Position numbers and translations under genes: made by a program. From positions 10,497 through 74,496 of the forward strand of contig JAFMCU010000001.1 of assembly GCA_017857595.1 (NCBI GenBank): a stretch of DNA of 64,000 nt. Direction: 5' to 3'. Shown one piece after another: positions 39,225-48,949 of the stretch (within the stretch, counting starts at the first letter, position 1; every line of letters begins with the position of its first letter). This DNA comes from Thermoprotei archaeon. GTDB lineage: Archaea; Thermoproteota; Thermoprotei; Gearchaeales; Gearchaeaceae. The notes beneath the pieces are model-generated. The model did no database searches. It had not been told where the DNA came from and saw only the letters and a list, made by a program, of their open reading frames with translations.

Positions 39225-39235
39225 AATTTAATAAA

Positions 39236-39979
39236 TCATTTTTCTTTCCATCTAAGTCTTTTTCCAGCTAAGAACATCAAAACGCATGTGTATAATAAGA
39301 GTCCTAAGCTGTAATATAGCAAATTGTTATTGGACAAGTTTAAAACAATTCTAATTATTTCGGCAGGATATGTTGTAGGAGAAAGCAATGAAGCATAAAA
39401 CGCCCAATTTGGTAAAAATGTAATAGGATAATAAACAGGTGAAATAAAGCCCAAAACTACTGTCAATATTGGGGCATAAACCCAAATATCTCTTGGATCT
39501 CTTGCAAAAGTAGATATGAAAAAGCCAAGAGCTGATATATTAGCCCATGTTAAAGAGATTGCATAAAATATTGCTAAAAATTGTAATATTTGTAGCTTAT
39601 TAATTAAGGCTAAGAAAGTTAAAAAGAAAACAACTCCAGGTAGTCCAGGAATCAGGTCAGATAAAGCCAATCCTGCAGCATAAGATATAGGTGAAACAGG
39701 TGAAGAAACAAATATGTCTTGAATTTTAGTTATTATTCGTAAGAATGTTGCATCTGTTTCTACGATTATGCTCGAGCTAACAATTGAGGAGATCAATGCT
39801 CCTATAATGCCATAATTTAGGGCTCTTTCGCCTCCAAAAATGTATATGAAAAATACCAATGATAAAGGTGTTAATAAAAACGTAAGTACTGAAAACGGGG
39901 ATCTTTTTATTTGTAAAATTCCATAAAACCAAGAAATTATAAGCGTAGTTCTTATTCCATAATATATTCTCTTAATCAT
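39236..39979 (-). CDS. ABC-2 type transporter permease
   Basis: 247 aa with 6 TM helices. Overlaps the ATPase gene by 8 nt. Confidence 0.7.
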   Translation of the reverse strand: MIKRIYYGIRTTLIISWFYGILQIKRSPFSVLTFLLTPLSLVFFIYIFGGERALNYGIIGALISSIVSSSIIVETDATFLRIITKIQDIFVSSPVSPISYAAGLALSDLIPGLPGVVFFLTFLALINKLQILQFLAIFYAISLTWANISALGFFISTFARDPRDIWVYAPILTVVLGFISPVYYPITFLPNWAFYASLLSPTTYPAEIIRIVLNLSNNNLLYYSLGLLLYTCVLMFLAGKRLRWKEK

Positions 39980-40880
39980 TTACTTCACCTACTAAATAAA
40001 CAAATACATCTTCAAGATTTATTGGTCTGACAGAGAAGGATATGCCTTCTTTCTTAGATAGTAGCTTGTCCACAATTTCTCTACTTACCTTTTCGTTTGT
40101 GTATAATCTTAATGTTGAACCTGATTTAACAACCGTACCATAGCTCTCTATCTCTACTTCATCAACATCACCTACTATTAGTACAGCTGTTGTTGCATTA
40201 ATTTTGTTTTTTATCTCTTCACGTGTTCCTTCTATGATCTTTTCACCTCTATCAATGATTGCAATTCTATTGGCTAAAGTTTCAGCCTCTTCCATATAGT
40301 GAGTAGTTAAAAATATTGATGTGCCCATAGAATTCAATTTTCTAATTATTCCCCACATACGTGATCTTGCTATTGGATCTAAGCCTATCGTAGGCTCATC
40401 TAACAATAAAAGTTCAGGTTCAGTTGCGATACTCATAGCTAACATTACCCTTTGTTTTAATCCTCCAGATAAGTTTCCGCATATTGTATTTTTAAATTCC
40501 TTCAAATCTAGCATCTCTAAAACTTCATTTGTTTTCCTTTTTGCTTCAAAAATGCTCCATCCACGAGCAACTAAATACATGAAAACATGTTCATATGGTG
40601 TTTGAAGACTTAAAGGTCTTCCTTCTTGTGGAACCACTGCAATCCTTTTTCTTATTTCTTTTACTTCAGATTTAATGTTCTTTCCCAAAACATAAGCATC
40701 GCCACTTGTAGGTTCAAGTATTGTTGAAACGATTTTAGTAAAAGTTGTTTTACCTGCACCGTTCTTTCCTAAGATACTAAAAATTTGATTTTTCAGAACA
40801 TTCAAAGAGAAATTATTTAATGCCTTAACTCCATTCTTATAGATTTTTGTAAGATTAATGCTTTCTATTGCATTATTCAT
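39972..40880 (-). CDS. ABC transporter ATP-binding protein
   Basis: Walker A GKNGAGKTT, signature LSGGLKQRV, Walker B LLLLDEPTIGLD. Confidence 0.9.
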   Translation of the reverse strand: MNNAIESINLTKIYKNGVKALNNFSLNVLKNQIFSILGKNGAGKTTFTKIVSTILEPTSGDAYVLGKNIKSEVKEIRKRIAVVPQEGRPLSLQTPYEHVFMYLVARGWSIFEAKRKTNEVLEMLDLKEFKNTICGNLSGGLKQRVMLAMSIATEPELLLLDEPTIGLDPIARSRMWGIIRKLNSMGTSIFLTTHYMEEAETLANRIAIIDRGEKIIEGTREEIKNKINATTAVLIVGDVDEVEIESYGTVVKSGSTLRLYTNEKVSREIVDKLLSKKEGISFSVRPINLEDVFVYLVGEVND

Positions 40881-41015
40881 ACTTCTATCTTTAATTCAAA
40901 GGCGCTTATTAATATGAATTATTAGAAGCCAATTGTAGATTCTAAAGAAAATTATGTCATTTTTATAACTAACTTATAATAATTTTTATAACCGTTTATA
41001 AGTCGTATTTATTTT

Positions 41016-42317
41016 ATGAATGGCGAGGGATGGTCCTTAATTGACAATGCTAAATACAATATCGAACATCTAAAGTTATTTATAATTGTATCATTAAGCT
41101 TTCTACTAGATGGGTTGCTTTTTTCACTTCTACCATTAACTCTTTATATTATAGACCCCAATGAAGCTTCATCAATATTTTCTATTAGCTTGTTTGCCTT
41201 TGCTTTTGGTGCAATTTTACTTGGAAGGATTGGTGACTATATAGGAAGAAGAAAAACAATGATATTGTCAATAGTCATCTATACATTATCAACAATTGCA
41301 TTTCTTCTGTATCATCAAGGATTTATTGTATTAAGCATTATATCATCTTTAATTAACTTGGGTATAGGTGGAGAGATTGGTTCAGCGTACTCAGCTTTAG
41401 CTGAATTAATGCCCAAGAATATTAGGGGTAAGATAATAACGTTATCTACGAATATGTGGAATATAGGTGCAGCTCTTCTTGCAGGACTAGCATTAATTTA
41501 TAGCGAAATATACACCGACTTATCAACTCAAATAAACTACTTAATTCTATCAGCAATTATTGCAGTTCTTATTGTTTTCTTTGCTAGAGTGCACATGCCT
41601 GAATCTCCTAGATGGTTAATAATTAAAGGAAAACAAGAAGAAGCCAACAATATTGCAAGTAAGATAACTAAAGAAAATGTTAAATTGCAATTAATAGAAG
41701 ATGTTGGAGTAGGAATTAAAGATGCTTTTAGCAAATATGCTTTTAGACTAATTATTTTGTTAGTAATTACTTCATCTCAACTACTTACGTATAATATGAT
41801 AGCTTATTATTCTCCTTATGCACCTGGATTTGTTTATGGTTATTCATCTATTCCTTATATTACATTTTTTGCCAATCTAGGTGCATCTCTAGGCGCTTTT
41901 ATTCTAATTCCCCTAATTGATAAAAATAGAAAAATATCAACAACAATTTCTTATTTAGGAGGTTCAATTATAGCCTTGCTCATTCTCACTTTATATAGCA
42001 ACGTGTCAATATTATACTTTTTGATAGCAATTTTCGTGAATATGATATTTTCAGAATTTGCTTGGGCATCCTTAAGTACATTGGAAAGTGAACTTTTTCC
42101 AACTGGAATAAGGTCATCAACTATAGGATTAATAACATTTTTCGCAAACTTTATAAATGCATTATTAATTTATTTTGAATCTTACATAACAGCTTATGAC
42201 TTCATCTTGCTTGCATTTCTAATTTGGTTAATTGGTTTGATATCTGCCATAAGTTGGCATATAAAAGGTATTGAGTCTTCAAAGAAGTCCTTGAATGAAT
42301 TGATCATTAAACATTGA
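41016..42317 (+). CDS. MFS transporter (sugar-porter-like)
   Basis: 433 aa. GRIGDYIGRRKT motif A, PESPRWL motif, 12 TM helices. Confidence 0.8.
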   Translation: MNGEGWSLIDNAKYNIEHLKLFIIVSLSFLLDGLLFSLLPLTLYIIDPNEASSIFSISLFAFAFGAILLGRIGDYIGRRKTMILSIVIYTLSTIAFLLYHQGFIVLSIISSLINLGIGGEIGSAYSALAELMPKNIRGKIITLSTNMWNIGAALLAGLALIYSEIYTDLSTQINYLILSAIIAVLIVFFARVHMPESPRWLIIKGKQEEANNIASKITKENVKLQLIEDVGVGIKDAFSKYAFRLIILLVITSSQLLTYNMIAYYSPYAPGFVYGYSSIPYITFFANLGASLGAFILIPLIDKNRKISTTISYLGGSIIALLILTLYSNVSILYFLIAIFVNMIFSEFAWASLSTLESELFPTGIRSSTIGLITFFANFINALLIYFESYITAYDFILLAFLIWLIGLISAISWHIKGIESSKKSLNELIIKH

Positions 42318-42358
42318 TTTAAATACATGTTAATTTATAACATATTAAAAAATAACAT

Positions 42359-44461
42359 ATGGCTCGTGATCCTGTATGTGGAATGTATGTTGATGAGGAA
42401 AAAGCTACACTTATGTATACAGTTGATGAAATTACGTATTATTTCTGTAGTAAAAGTTGCCTGTTGATATTTTCCAAACCAGAAATTACTTATAAGAGAA
42501 TAAAATTCTTTACTTATTTATCATTCTCATTAGGCATTCTTGTTGTGATTTTAGAATATTTCATTTCATTTAATTTTTTATTACCAAATTTAGTATGGCT
42601 TTTGATTCTTTCAACACCTATCCAGTTTGGAGCTGGATATTATTTCTACGTAGGAATGAAAGATGCAATAAAATCGAAACAAGCAAATATGGACACACTT
42701 ATAGCAATCGGAACAACAGCAGCATGGTTATACAGCACAATATATACATTTCAATCTTTAAATATATTACCAGTTATACTTCCAAAGTCTGCGTCAGGTG
42801 TTTACTTCACCGAATCTTCTTTAATCATTGCATTCATATTATTAGGAAAATTAATAGAGCATAATATTAGAAGAAGAGCAAACAAAGCAATCAGTTATCT
42901 GAACGAGTTACTTCCAAAAAAGGCTAGAGTAATAAGGAACGGTGAAGAAATAGAAGTGCCTGCAGAAAAAGTTAAGAAGAATGAAATCGTTCTAGTTAAA
43001 CCTGGTGAATATACACCTGTTGACGGAATCATTATTGAAGGATTTTCTACTGTTGATCAGTCAGCTATAACAGGTGAAAGTTTACCAGTAGATAAACGTC
43101 CCGGAGACTTTGTCTATGCATCAACGATAAATAAAAATGGTTACTTAAAAATAAGGGCTTTGAAGATAGGTAAGAATACTACTATTTCCGATGTAATTGA
43201 GATGGTTGAAAAAGCAATACTAAGTAGAGCTCCTATTCAAAGATTAGCGGATAAAATATCTTCATATTTTGTACCAGCTGTTATAGCTATTGCAGTTTTT
43301 TCTTTTCTTTTCTGGTATTTAGTAGTAGGACTGCCTATAAATTTTGCACTTCTGGCTTTGATCTCTGTTTTAATTATAGCTTGTCCATGTGCATTAGGAA
43401 TAGCAACGCCTGCAGCAATACTTATCGGAGCAAGCAAAAGTGCACAAAAAGGAATTCTCATAAAAGGAGGTGAATATTTAGAGAAGGCATATAAAATAGA
43501 TACCATAGTTTTCGATAAAACAAAAACCTTGACAAAAGGAACAATTATTTTAAAGAAAATATATACTTTCGAAGGTTATTCAGAAGATGAAGCTCTTAAA
43601 TTTGCTTCAATAGCTGAAAAATTATCTGAACATCCTTTTAGCAAGGTCTTAATCGATGAAGCTAAAAAAAGAAATTTAGAAATTCCTGATCCTGATAAGT
43701 TCGAATATTTTCCTGGTGAAGGTATCAAAGCGGTTTACAATGGTCATTTAATTTTAATAGGAAACAGATCTTTAATGGAAAAAAATAGGATAAATTTAAC
43801 TAATATTACTCCTATATTAGAAGGTCTTGAGGCAGAAGGTAATACTGTGTTGATCCTTTCAATAGATAGCAAATTAGTTTCCTTATTTGCTATAACGGAT
43901 GAGATTAGGGGAGAAGCTAAGTATGTTATAGACTATTTGAAAAATAAAGGCATAAAGGTAGTAATGATAACAGGAGATAATAACAGAGTTGCTGCAGCTA
44001 TAGCTAAAAAGTTGGGAATAGACGAATATTATGCAGAAGTGAAACCTCAAGATAAGGCTGAAATTATAAAAGAGTTGAAGAAAAAAGGAAGAGTAGTTGC
44101 AATGGTCGGTGATGGAATAAACGATGCTCCTGCATTATCTATTGCAGATATAGGAATAGCTATTGGTGCTGGGAGTGATATTGCAAAGGAAGCAGGCGGA
44201 ATAATTCTCATCAATAATGACTTAAAAAGTGTTATTCACGCTATAGAAATAAGTAAAAAAACATACAGTAAAATTAAACAGAACTTATTCTGGGCTTTCT
44301 TTTATAATGTGATCTTAATTCCAATAGCTGCAGGTGCATTATATCCATTCTTTGGTATAATGCTAAATCCAATATTTGCAGCAATAGCTATGGCTTCAAG
44401 TTCGATTACAGTGGTAACCAATTCATTAACGTTAAACAGATATAGATTTGAATATGTATAA
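42359..44461 (+). CDS. copA: copper-translocating P1B-type ATPase with N-terminal TRASH/YHS metal-binding domain
   Basis: 700 aa. N-terminal DPVCGMYVDE...YYFCSKSC, TGES, CPC in TM6, SEHP, MITGDN and GDGINDAP. The phosphorylation motif reads DKTKT rather than DKTGT. Confidence 0.9.
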   Translation: MARDPVCGMYVDEEKATLMYTVDEITYYFCSKSCLLIFSKPEITYKRIKFFTYLSFSLGILVVILEYFISFNFLLPNLVWLLILSTPIQFGAGYYFYVGMKDAIKSKQANMDTLIAIGTTAAWLYSTIYTFQSLNILPVILPKSASGVYFTESSLIIAFILLGKLIEHNIRRRANKAISYLNELLPKKARVIRNGEEIEVPAEKVKKNEIVLVKPGEYTPVDGIIIEGFSTVDQSAITGESLPVDKRPGDFVYASTINKNGYLKIRALKIGKNTTISDVIEMVEKAILSRAPIQRLADKISSYFVPAVIAIAVFSFLFWYLVVGLPINFALLALISVLIIACPCALGIATPAAILIGASKSAQKGILIKGGEYLEKAYKIDTIVFDKTKTLTKGTIILKKIYTFEGYSEDEALKFASIAEKLSEHPFSKVLIDEAKKRNLEIPDPDKFEYFPGEGIKAVYNGHLILIGNRSLMEKNRINLTNITPILEGLEAEGNTVLILSIDSKLVSLFAITDEIRGEAKYVIDYLKNKGIKVVMITGDNNRVAAAIAKKLGIDEYYAEVKPQDKAEIIKELKKKGRVVAMVGDGINDAPALSIADIGIAIGAGSDIAKEAGGIILINNDLKSVIHAIEISKKTYSKIKQNLFWAFFYNVILIPIAAGALYPFFGIMLNPIFAAIAMASSSITVVTNSLTLNRYRFEYV

Positions 44462-44888
44462 AGAAATCGAAATAAAAAGCATAACAAAATTACAAATTAT
44501 ATTATTGTTGAGTTTAGGCCCTACACATGGATACAAATTGATCAAAGAAATAGAAAGAATTCAAGGAAGAAAACCTAGTCAAGCTCACATATATCCGTTT
44601 ATTGAAGACCTTATAAATAAGGGATATCTAAGAATAAAAGAGCGTGGCTCTAGAAATCAGAAAGTATATGAACTTACAGAAGAAGGTAAAGAAGCTGTAA
44701 ATTTAATTCTTAGCAGGTTTAGAAACATTTTAGAATATGTGCTAAATAATAAAGTTAATTCATGCATTAATTGCGGTTGTAAAATATATGAAGGTGGGTA
44801 TAGAGCAGAAATAAATGGAAAGGAAATGTTTTTCTGTTGTGAACATTGTTACAATAGCTTTAGAGTCTCGCATTTAAAGGAGAGGTAA
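44448..44888 (+). CDS. copper-responsive regulator candidate: PadR-like winged helix plus C-terminal TRASH domain
   Basis: 146 aa. LLLSLGPTHGYKLIKEI (PadR-like) and C-terminal CINCGCKIYEGG...FFCCEHCYNSF (TRASH cysteine pattern). Overlaps the copA end; the ATG at 44454 is a plausible start. Confidence 0.65.
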   Translation: MNMYKEIEIKSITKLQIILLLSLGPTHGYKLIKEIERIQGRKPSQAHIYPFIEDLINKGYLRIKERGSRNQKVYELTEEGKEAVNLILSRFRNILEYVLNNKVNSCINCGCKIYEGGYRAEINGKEMFFCCEHCYNSFRVSHLKER

Positions 44889-44956
44889 AAACTTAATATT
44901 TTTGTAAAATTTTATTTGAATTAAAGGCAATCAAAGCAAATATAACTAAGTGGTAG

Positions 44957-44965
44957 TTTTTTTTT
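44957..44965 (+). terminator. oligo-T tract (T9), candidate archaeal terminator for the copA operon
   Basis: TTTTTTTTT about 70 nt after the regulator stop codon. Archaeal RNA polymerase terminates at oligo-T runs. There is no other support. Confidence 0.3.
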
Positions 44966-45121
44966 AAAAGAAATCTAGTTTTACGATACACATAAAATAA
45001 TTTTACAAAATATTCATTCAAATTAACATTTTCTAATTCTCATGTAAAAAATATAGTTATGAATTAATGAGGAACTAAGTTATTTATTTCGGAGAAAATG
45101 TAAAAGCAACTTCGGATAGAA

Positions 45122-45673
45122 TCAGAATAATTCTATTACTATATCCATCAATCTTTCAATTCTTTCAACAAGTTCTCTTTCTTTTTGATTAAATTCCTTA
45201 AATATTTCTATTTCAAATGATTTGCCTTTGTAAGCATTTCCTATGAATGTTTCAGAAAATCTAATTAAATTTAACAATCTTTCAATATCGCCTGCATGCA
45301 AATATAAAGTTAAATCATTAATAACTAATATCTTGGAAGTTTTTTCTTCATAAATATTAAATAATTTTTCAATTGAATTTTTATTCCTTCTTGATATGTC
45401 ATAGAGTTCTTCAATATTCTTTGCATTCATCCTAGGACCCAAAATATTGGTTGTTAAATATCTTATATTTTTTACATCGATAAAGTCTCTAATTTTTCCC
45501 CCTATTTTATCTCTTCTTTCTGGAGCTAGATCTAATATAGTAATAAAATTTCCATATCCATTTACAATAAGCTTCTTAACTAAGAATGCAGTTAACTTAG
45601 TTTTACCTTTAGCAATATCTCCTACTATTAATGTTTTTTTATGTAAGAATTCTTCAATATTAATCCTCTCCAA
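45122..45673 (-). CDS. small P-loop NTPase/kinase-like protein, unknown function
   Basis: 183 aa. Walker A GDIAKGKT followed by ...ITILDLAPE (reminiscent of the Clp1/Grc3-type kinase P-loop context), and Walker B-like ILVINDL. Its start overlaps the thiW end by 14 nt. Confidence 0.5.
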   Translation of the reverse strand: MERINIEEFLHKKTLIVGDIAKGKTKLTAFLVKKLIVNGYGNFITILDLAPERRDKIGGKIRDFIDVKNIRYLTTNILGPRMNAKNIEELYDISRRNKNSIEKLFNIYEEKTSKILVINDLTLYLHAGDIERLLNLIRFSETFIGNAYKGKSFEIEIFKEFNQKERELVERIERLMDIVIELF

Positions 45674-46193
45674 TTATCTTTTTTCTATCATATCCAATAT
45701 GACTTAAATACCTTAGTATTGAATATCCTATTGTTGCTCCAATTAAAGAACTTGCAAGCCATCCTAAATAGAATACTAATAAAGCAAATGGCTTCCCTAT
45801 TAATGTTGGAGCAATAATATAGACTCCGATAGTAGCTCCTATTAAAACTGTTCCGATCGGCTCTGAAAAAGCTACTGCAATTGCACTTTTATATCTGAAA
45901 TGCTTCTTGAAAACATAATGATACAATATCCCTATAACAATAGCGCCAGGAATCCCTCCTGGTACTGCAAATATTGTCCCAACATGTAATGATATTCTTA
46001 TCAATCCAATAGCAAGTGCTATAAATGCTCCCCATAAAGGTCCTAATAATATTCCTGATAATACGTTTATAGCATGTTGTGTAGGATTGGCAAGACTCGG
46101 ACCTACAGGAAAAAAAGTAAAAGGAGATAATATAACACCAATTGCAATAAACATTGCAGCTAATGAGATTTTTCTGGCTCTATAATTTTGCAT
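45660..46193 (-). CDS. thiW: ThiW-like ECF-type S component (predicted thiazole transporter)
   Basis: 177 aa with about 5-6 TM helices. NPTQHAINVLSGILLGPLWG, VPGGIPGA and SEPIGTVLIG resemble the ThiW family as I recall it. Divergent from thiDN. Confidence 0.55.
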   Translation of the reverse strand: MQNYRARKISLAAMFIAIGVILSPFTFFPVGPSLANPTQHAINVLSGILLGPLWGAFIALAIGLIRISLHVGTIFAVPGGIPGAIVIGILYHYVFKKHFRYKSAIAVAFSEPIGTVLIGATIGVYIIAPTLIGKPFALLVFYLGWLASSLIGATIGYSILRYLSHIGYDRKKIIGED

Positions 46194-46247
46194 ATTAAAT
46201 AAATATATTACCCGGTTATATAACTCGATTATAAAGAATTTATAATT

Positions 46248-47678
46248 ATGTTTATCTTAGTTAAAGTTCTAACATTTAATGTAATGCAATTTAAAAACAA
46301 AATACCTGTTGCAATGACTATAGCCGGTAGCGATTCAGTTGGAGGTGCAGGGATTCAAGCTGATTTGAAAACTTTCGCAGCACTAGGAGTTCATGGAACT
46401 ACAGCAATCACAGCAATAACGGCACAAAATACTTATAGTGTCACTGCAATACAGGAAATTGATCCTAGCGTTGTTGTTAAACAAATAGAAACAGTTTATG
46501 AAGATACTGGTATAGATGCTGCTAAAACTGGCATGCTGAGTAACAAAGATATAATATCATCTGTAAGTAAGACTATTAAAAAGCTATCGATTCCTTTGGT
46601 TATAGATCCTGTAATGGTAGCTAAAAGTGGTGCAAGGCTGCTTAAAGAAGACGCAATTGAGGTTCTAATAAAAGAATTAATACCTCTTGCATGGGTTGTA
46701 ACGCCGAATATCCCAGAAGCTGAAATAATTTCAGGAATTAAGATAAATAGCGCTGATGATATGGAATTAGCAGCTAAGAAAATTTTTCAAAGAACAAACT
46801 GCAAAGCGGTAATTGTAAAAGGAGGACATCTAAACGTTGAAAAAAGTACAGATGTAATCTTTTATGATGGAAGAATTGTAAGGATAGAATCAGATAGAAT
46901 CCAAACAAAAAATACACATGGAACTGGTTGTAGCTTCTCTGCAGCAATAGCAGCTGAAATTTCAAAAGGGAATGATATATTAACCTCAATAAAGAGGGCT
47001 AAAGATTTTATAAATTATGCGATAAAGTATGCTTTACCCATAGGTAAAGGTCATGGACCTGTAAATCCAACTTCTTGGCTAGAAATAAGAGCTAACAAAT
47101 TATCTGTGTTGGAGAATATGAGAATCGCTATTAATATTCTTGAATCTGAAAAGCTTATAGCAAATTTAGTTCCGGAAGTTCAAATGAATATAGGAATGGC
47201 CCTAGATAGCTTGTATGCAAGAAGTATAGAAGACGTTGCTGCAATTCCGGGAAGAATTGTTAAAATAAAAGACAAGGTTAAATCTTCTTCATATCCCGAA
47301 TTTGGAGCTTCTTCACATATTGCAAGGGCAATTCTTAAAGCAATGGAATATGATATTAGGTATAAATCAGCAGCAAATATTAAGTATGATGAGCTTATAT
47401 TGGAAGCGGCAAAGAGACTTGGGTTTTCTATTTCATATTATGATAGAAATGAAGAACCAGAAGACTTAAAAAATAAGGAAGGAGCAACAATTCCTTGGGG
47501 TGTTGAAATTGCAATAAAAAGGCTAAATCACGTTCCAGATATCATCTACGATAAAGGAGATATTGGTAAAGAACCTATAATTAAAGTATTTGGATATGAT
47601 TCAATTGATGTGGCAAATAAATTAGTCAAATTAGCAAAAATGTATAATGATTTAAAAGCTAAACAATTTCTTCCATAA
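46248..47678 (+). CDS. thiDN: bifunctional ThiD (HMP/HMP-P kinase) - ThiN (thiamine-phosphate synthase) fusion
   Basis: 476 aa. N-terminal half PVAMTIAGSDSVGGAGIQADLKTF...HGTGCSFSAAIAA (ThiD). C-terminal half VPEVQMNIG...IPGRIVK...FGASSHIARAIL (ThiN). The likely true start is the ATG at 46284. Confidence 0.85.
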   Translation: MFILVKVLTFNVMQFKNKIPVAMTIAGSDSVGGAGIQADLKTFAALGVHGTTAITAITAQNTYSVTAIQEIDPSVVVKQIETVYEDTGIDAAKTGMLSNKDIISSVSKTIKKLSIPLVIDPVMVAKSGARLLKEDAIEVLIKELIPLAWVVTPNIPEAEIISGIKINSADDMELAAKKIFQRTNCKAVIVKGGHLNVEKSTDVIFYDGRIVRIESDRIQTKNTHGTGCSFSAAIAAEISKGNDILTSIKRAKDFINYAIKYALPIGKGHGPVNPTSWLEIRANKLSVLENMRIAINILESEKLIANLVPEVQMNIGMALDSLYARSIEDVAAIPGRIVKIKDKVKSSSYPEFGASSHIARAILKAMEYDIRYKSAANIKYDELILEAAKRLGFSISYYDRNEEPEDLKNKEGATIPWGVEIAIKRLNHVPDIIYDKGDIGKEPIIKVFGYDSIDVANKLVKLAKMYNDLKAKQFLP

Positions 47679-48948
47679 TTACTTTTCTATTGAATTTTTC
47701 TTCGTATATAGTTAATCTTGACTTGTATATTACAATTTCTTTAGGCAATTTTCTCATATTATATCTAGAAGCCATCGAATAACCATAAGCACCTGCATTC
47801 AATATAGCAAGTATATCGTTCTCATTCGGCAATGGCATTTCTCTACGAACAGCAAAAACATCTCCTGTTTCACATAAGTTTCCTGCTATAGTTATTAATT
47901 TTTTATTTTCGCTTTCAACGTTATTACAATTAACAATTTCGTGATAAGAGCCATAGAGTACAGGTCTTATTAAATGATTAAATCCACTATCAACACCGAC
48001 GATCAAATCTCCATATCTTTCTTTTATATCCGTAACCTTTACTAGCAATATTCCTGAATCTCCAACAATATATCTTCCAGGTTCAAAGGCTAAGTTGTCA
48101 ATGCTATAATTTAACTCTTTTAAAATTTCAGATATACCTATTGAATATTTTTCCAATGGGAAATCTTGCTCCTTTTCAGAGTATCTAATACCGGGTCCAC
48201 CACCAAAGTTGATAAATTCTAGCTTATATCCCAGTGTATCCTCTAATTTTTTTGCTTGTTGCACAAGAATTCTGGCAGCAGAAAGAAATTCATTCAGTTC
48301 TTCTTCTGTTTTCCAATTGGAACCAACATGCATATGCAGACCAACGATTTTTAGATTTTCTTCTTTTGCTAACTTTACAGCATTGTCAATTTGTTCAATA
48401 GATATTGAGAATTTAATTGGCACGTTATGTGCTTCTTTACCTGCAGTTATTGTTCTCCAATTGTGTCCTAAACCCGGCATTCCAGGGTCTATCCTTAATG
48501 ATATAGGTATATCTTTTCTTATTTTTGATATTTTTTTTATTTGAGATATAGAATCTGCATTTATTCTTACCCCTAAGCTTAAAACTTTCTTCAAATCTTC
48601 ATAAGAAACACTTACACCTGTAAATAATATTCTTTCAGGAGCATAACCATTAGCTATAGCGTATTCAACCTCTTCAGGTGATACACAATCTAGATAAGAA
48701 CCTTCGCTTTTAAGTATTTCCAACAATTTTGGATTGTTATTAGCTTTCATTGAGTAATGTATTCTTATTATTTGCGAAAGATATCTCTTAAGAGTTCTAT
48801 AGAAAATTCTGTATTTATCTAGAACTCTATTTCCATTATAAACATATATAGGCGTTCCAAACCTTTTTGCAAGCTCTTCTGCAGAAATGTTTGCTATGTA
48901 TAACTTGTTGTTTATAACAGATAAATGATTTGGAATTTCCCACCACAT
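47659..48948 (-). CDS. lysA: diaminopimelate decarboxylase
   Basis: 429 aa. HYSMKAN PLP lysine, GGGPGIRY, EPGRYIVG and CETGD. Confidence 0.9.
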   Translation of the reverse strand: MWWEIPNHLSVINNKLYIANISAEELAKRFGTPIYVYNGNRVLDKYRIFYRTLKRYLSQIIRIHYSMKANNNPKLLEILKSEGSYLDCVSPEEVEYAIANGYAPERILFTGVSVSYEDLKKVLSLGVRINADSISQIKKISKIRKDIPISLRIDPGMPGLGHNWRTITAGKEAHNVPIKFSISIEQIDNAVKLAKEENLKIVGLHMHVGSNWKTEEELNEFLSAARILVQQAKKLEDTLGYKLEFINFGGGPGIRYSEKEQDFPLEKYSIGISEILKELNYSIDNLAFEPGRYIVGDSGILLVKVTDIKERYGDLIVGVDSGFNHLIRPVLYGSYHEIVNCNNVESENKKLITIAGNLCETGDVFAVRREMPLPNENDILAILNAGAYGYSMASRYNMRKLPKEIVIYKSRLTIYEEKFNRKVIMEEIV

Positions 48949-48949
48949 T

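Noticed and set aside
46194-46247. Possible TPP (THI-box) riboswitch between thiW and thiDN
   Set aside because: The spacer is only 54 nt and lacks the conserved CTGAGA / ACCTGA elements. No riboswitch can fit.
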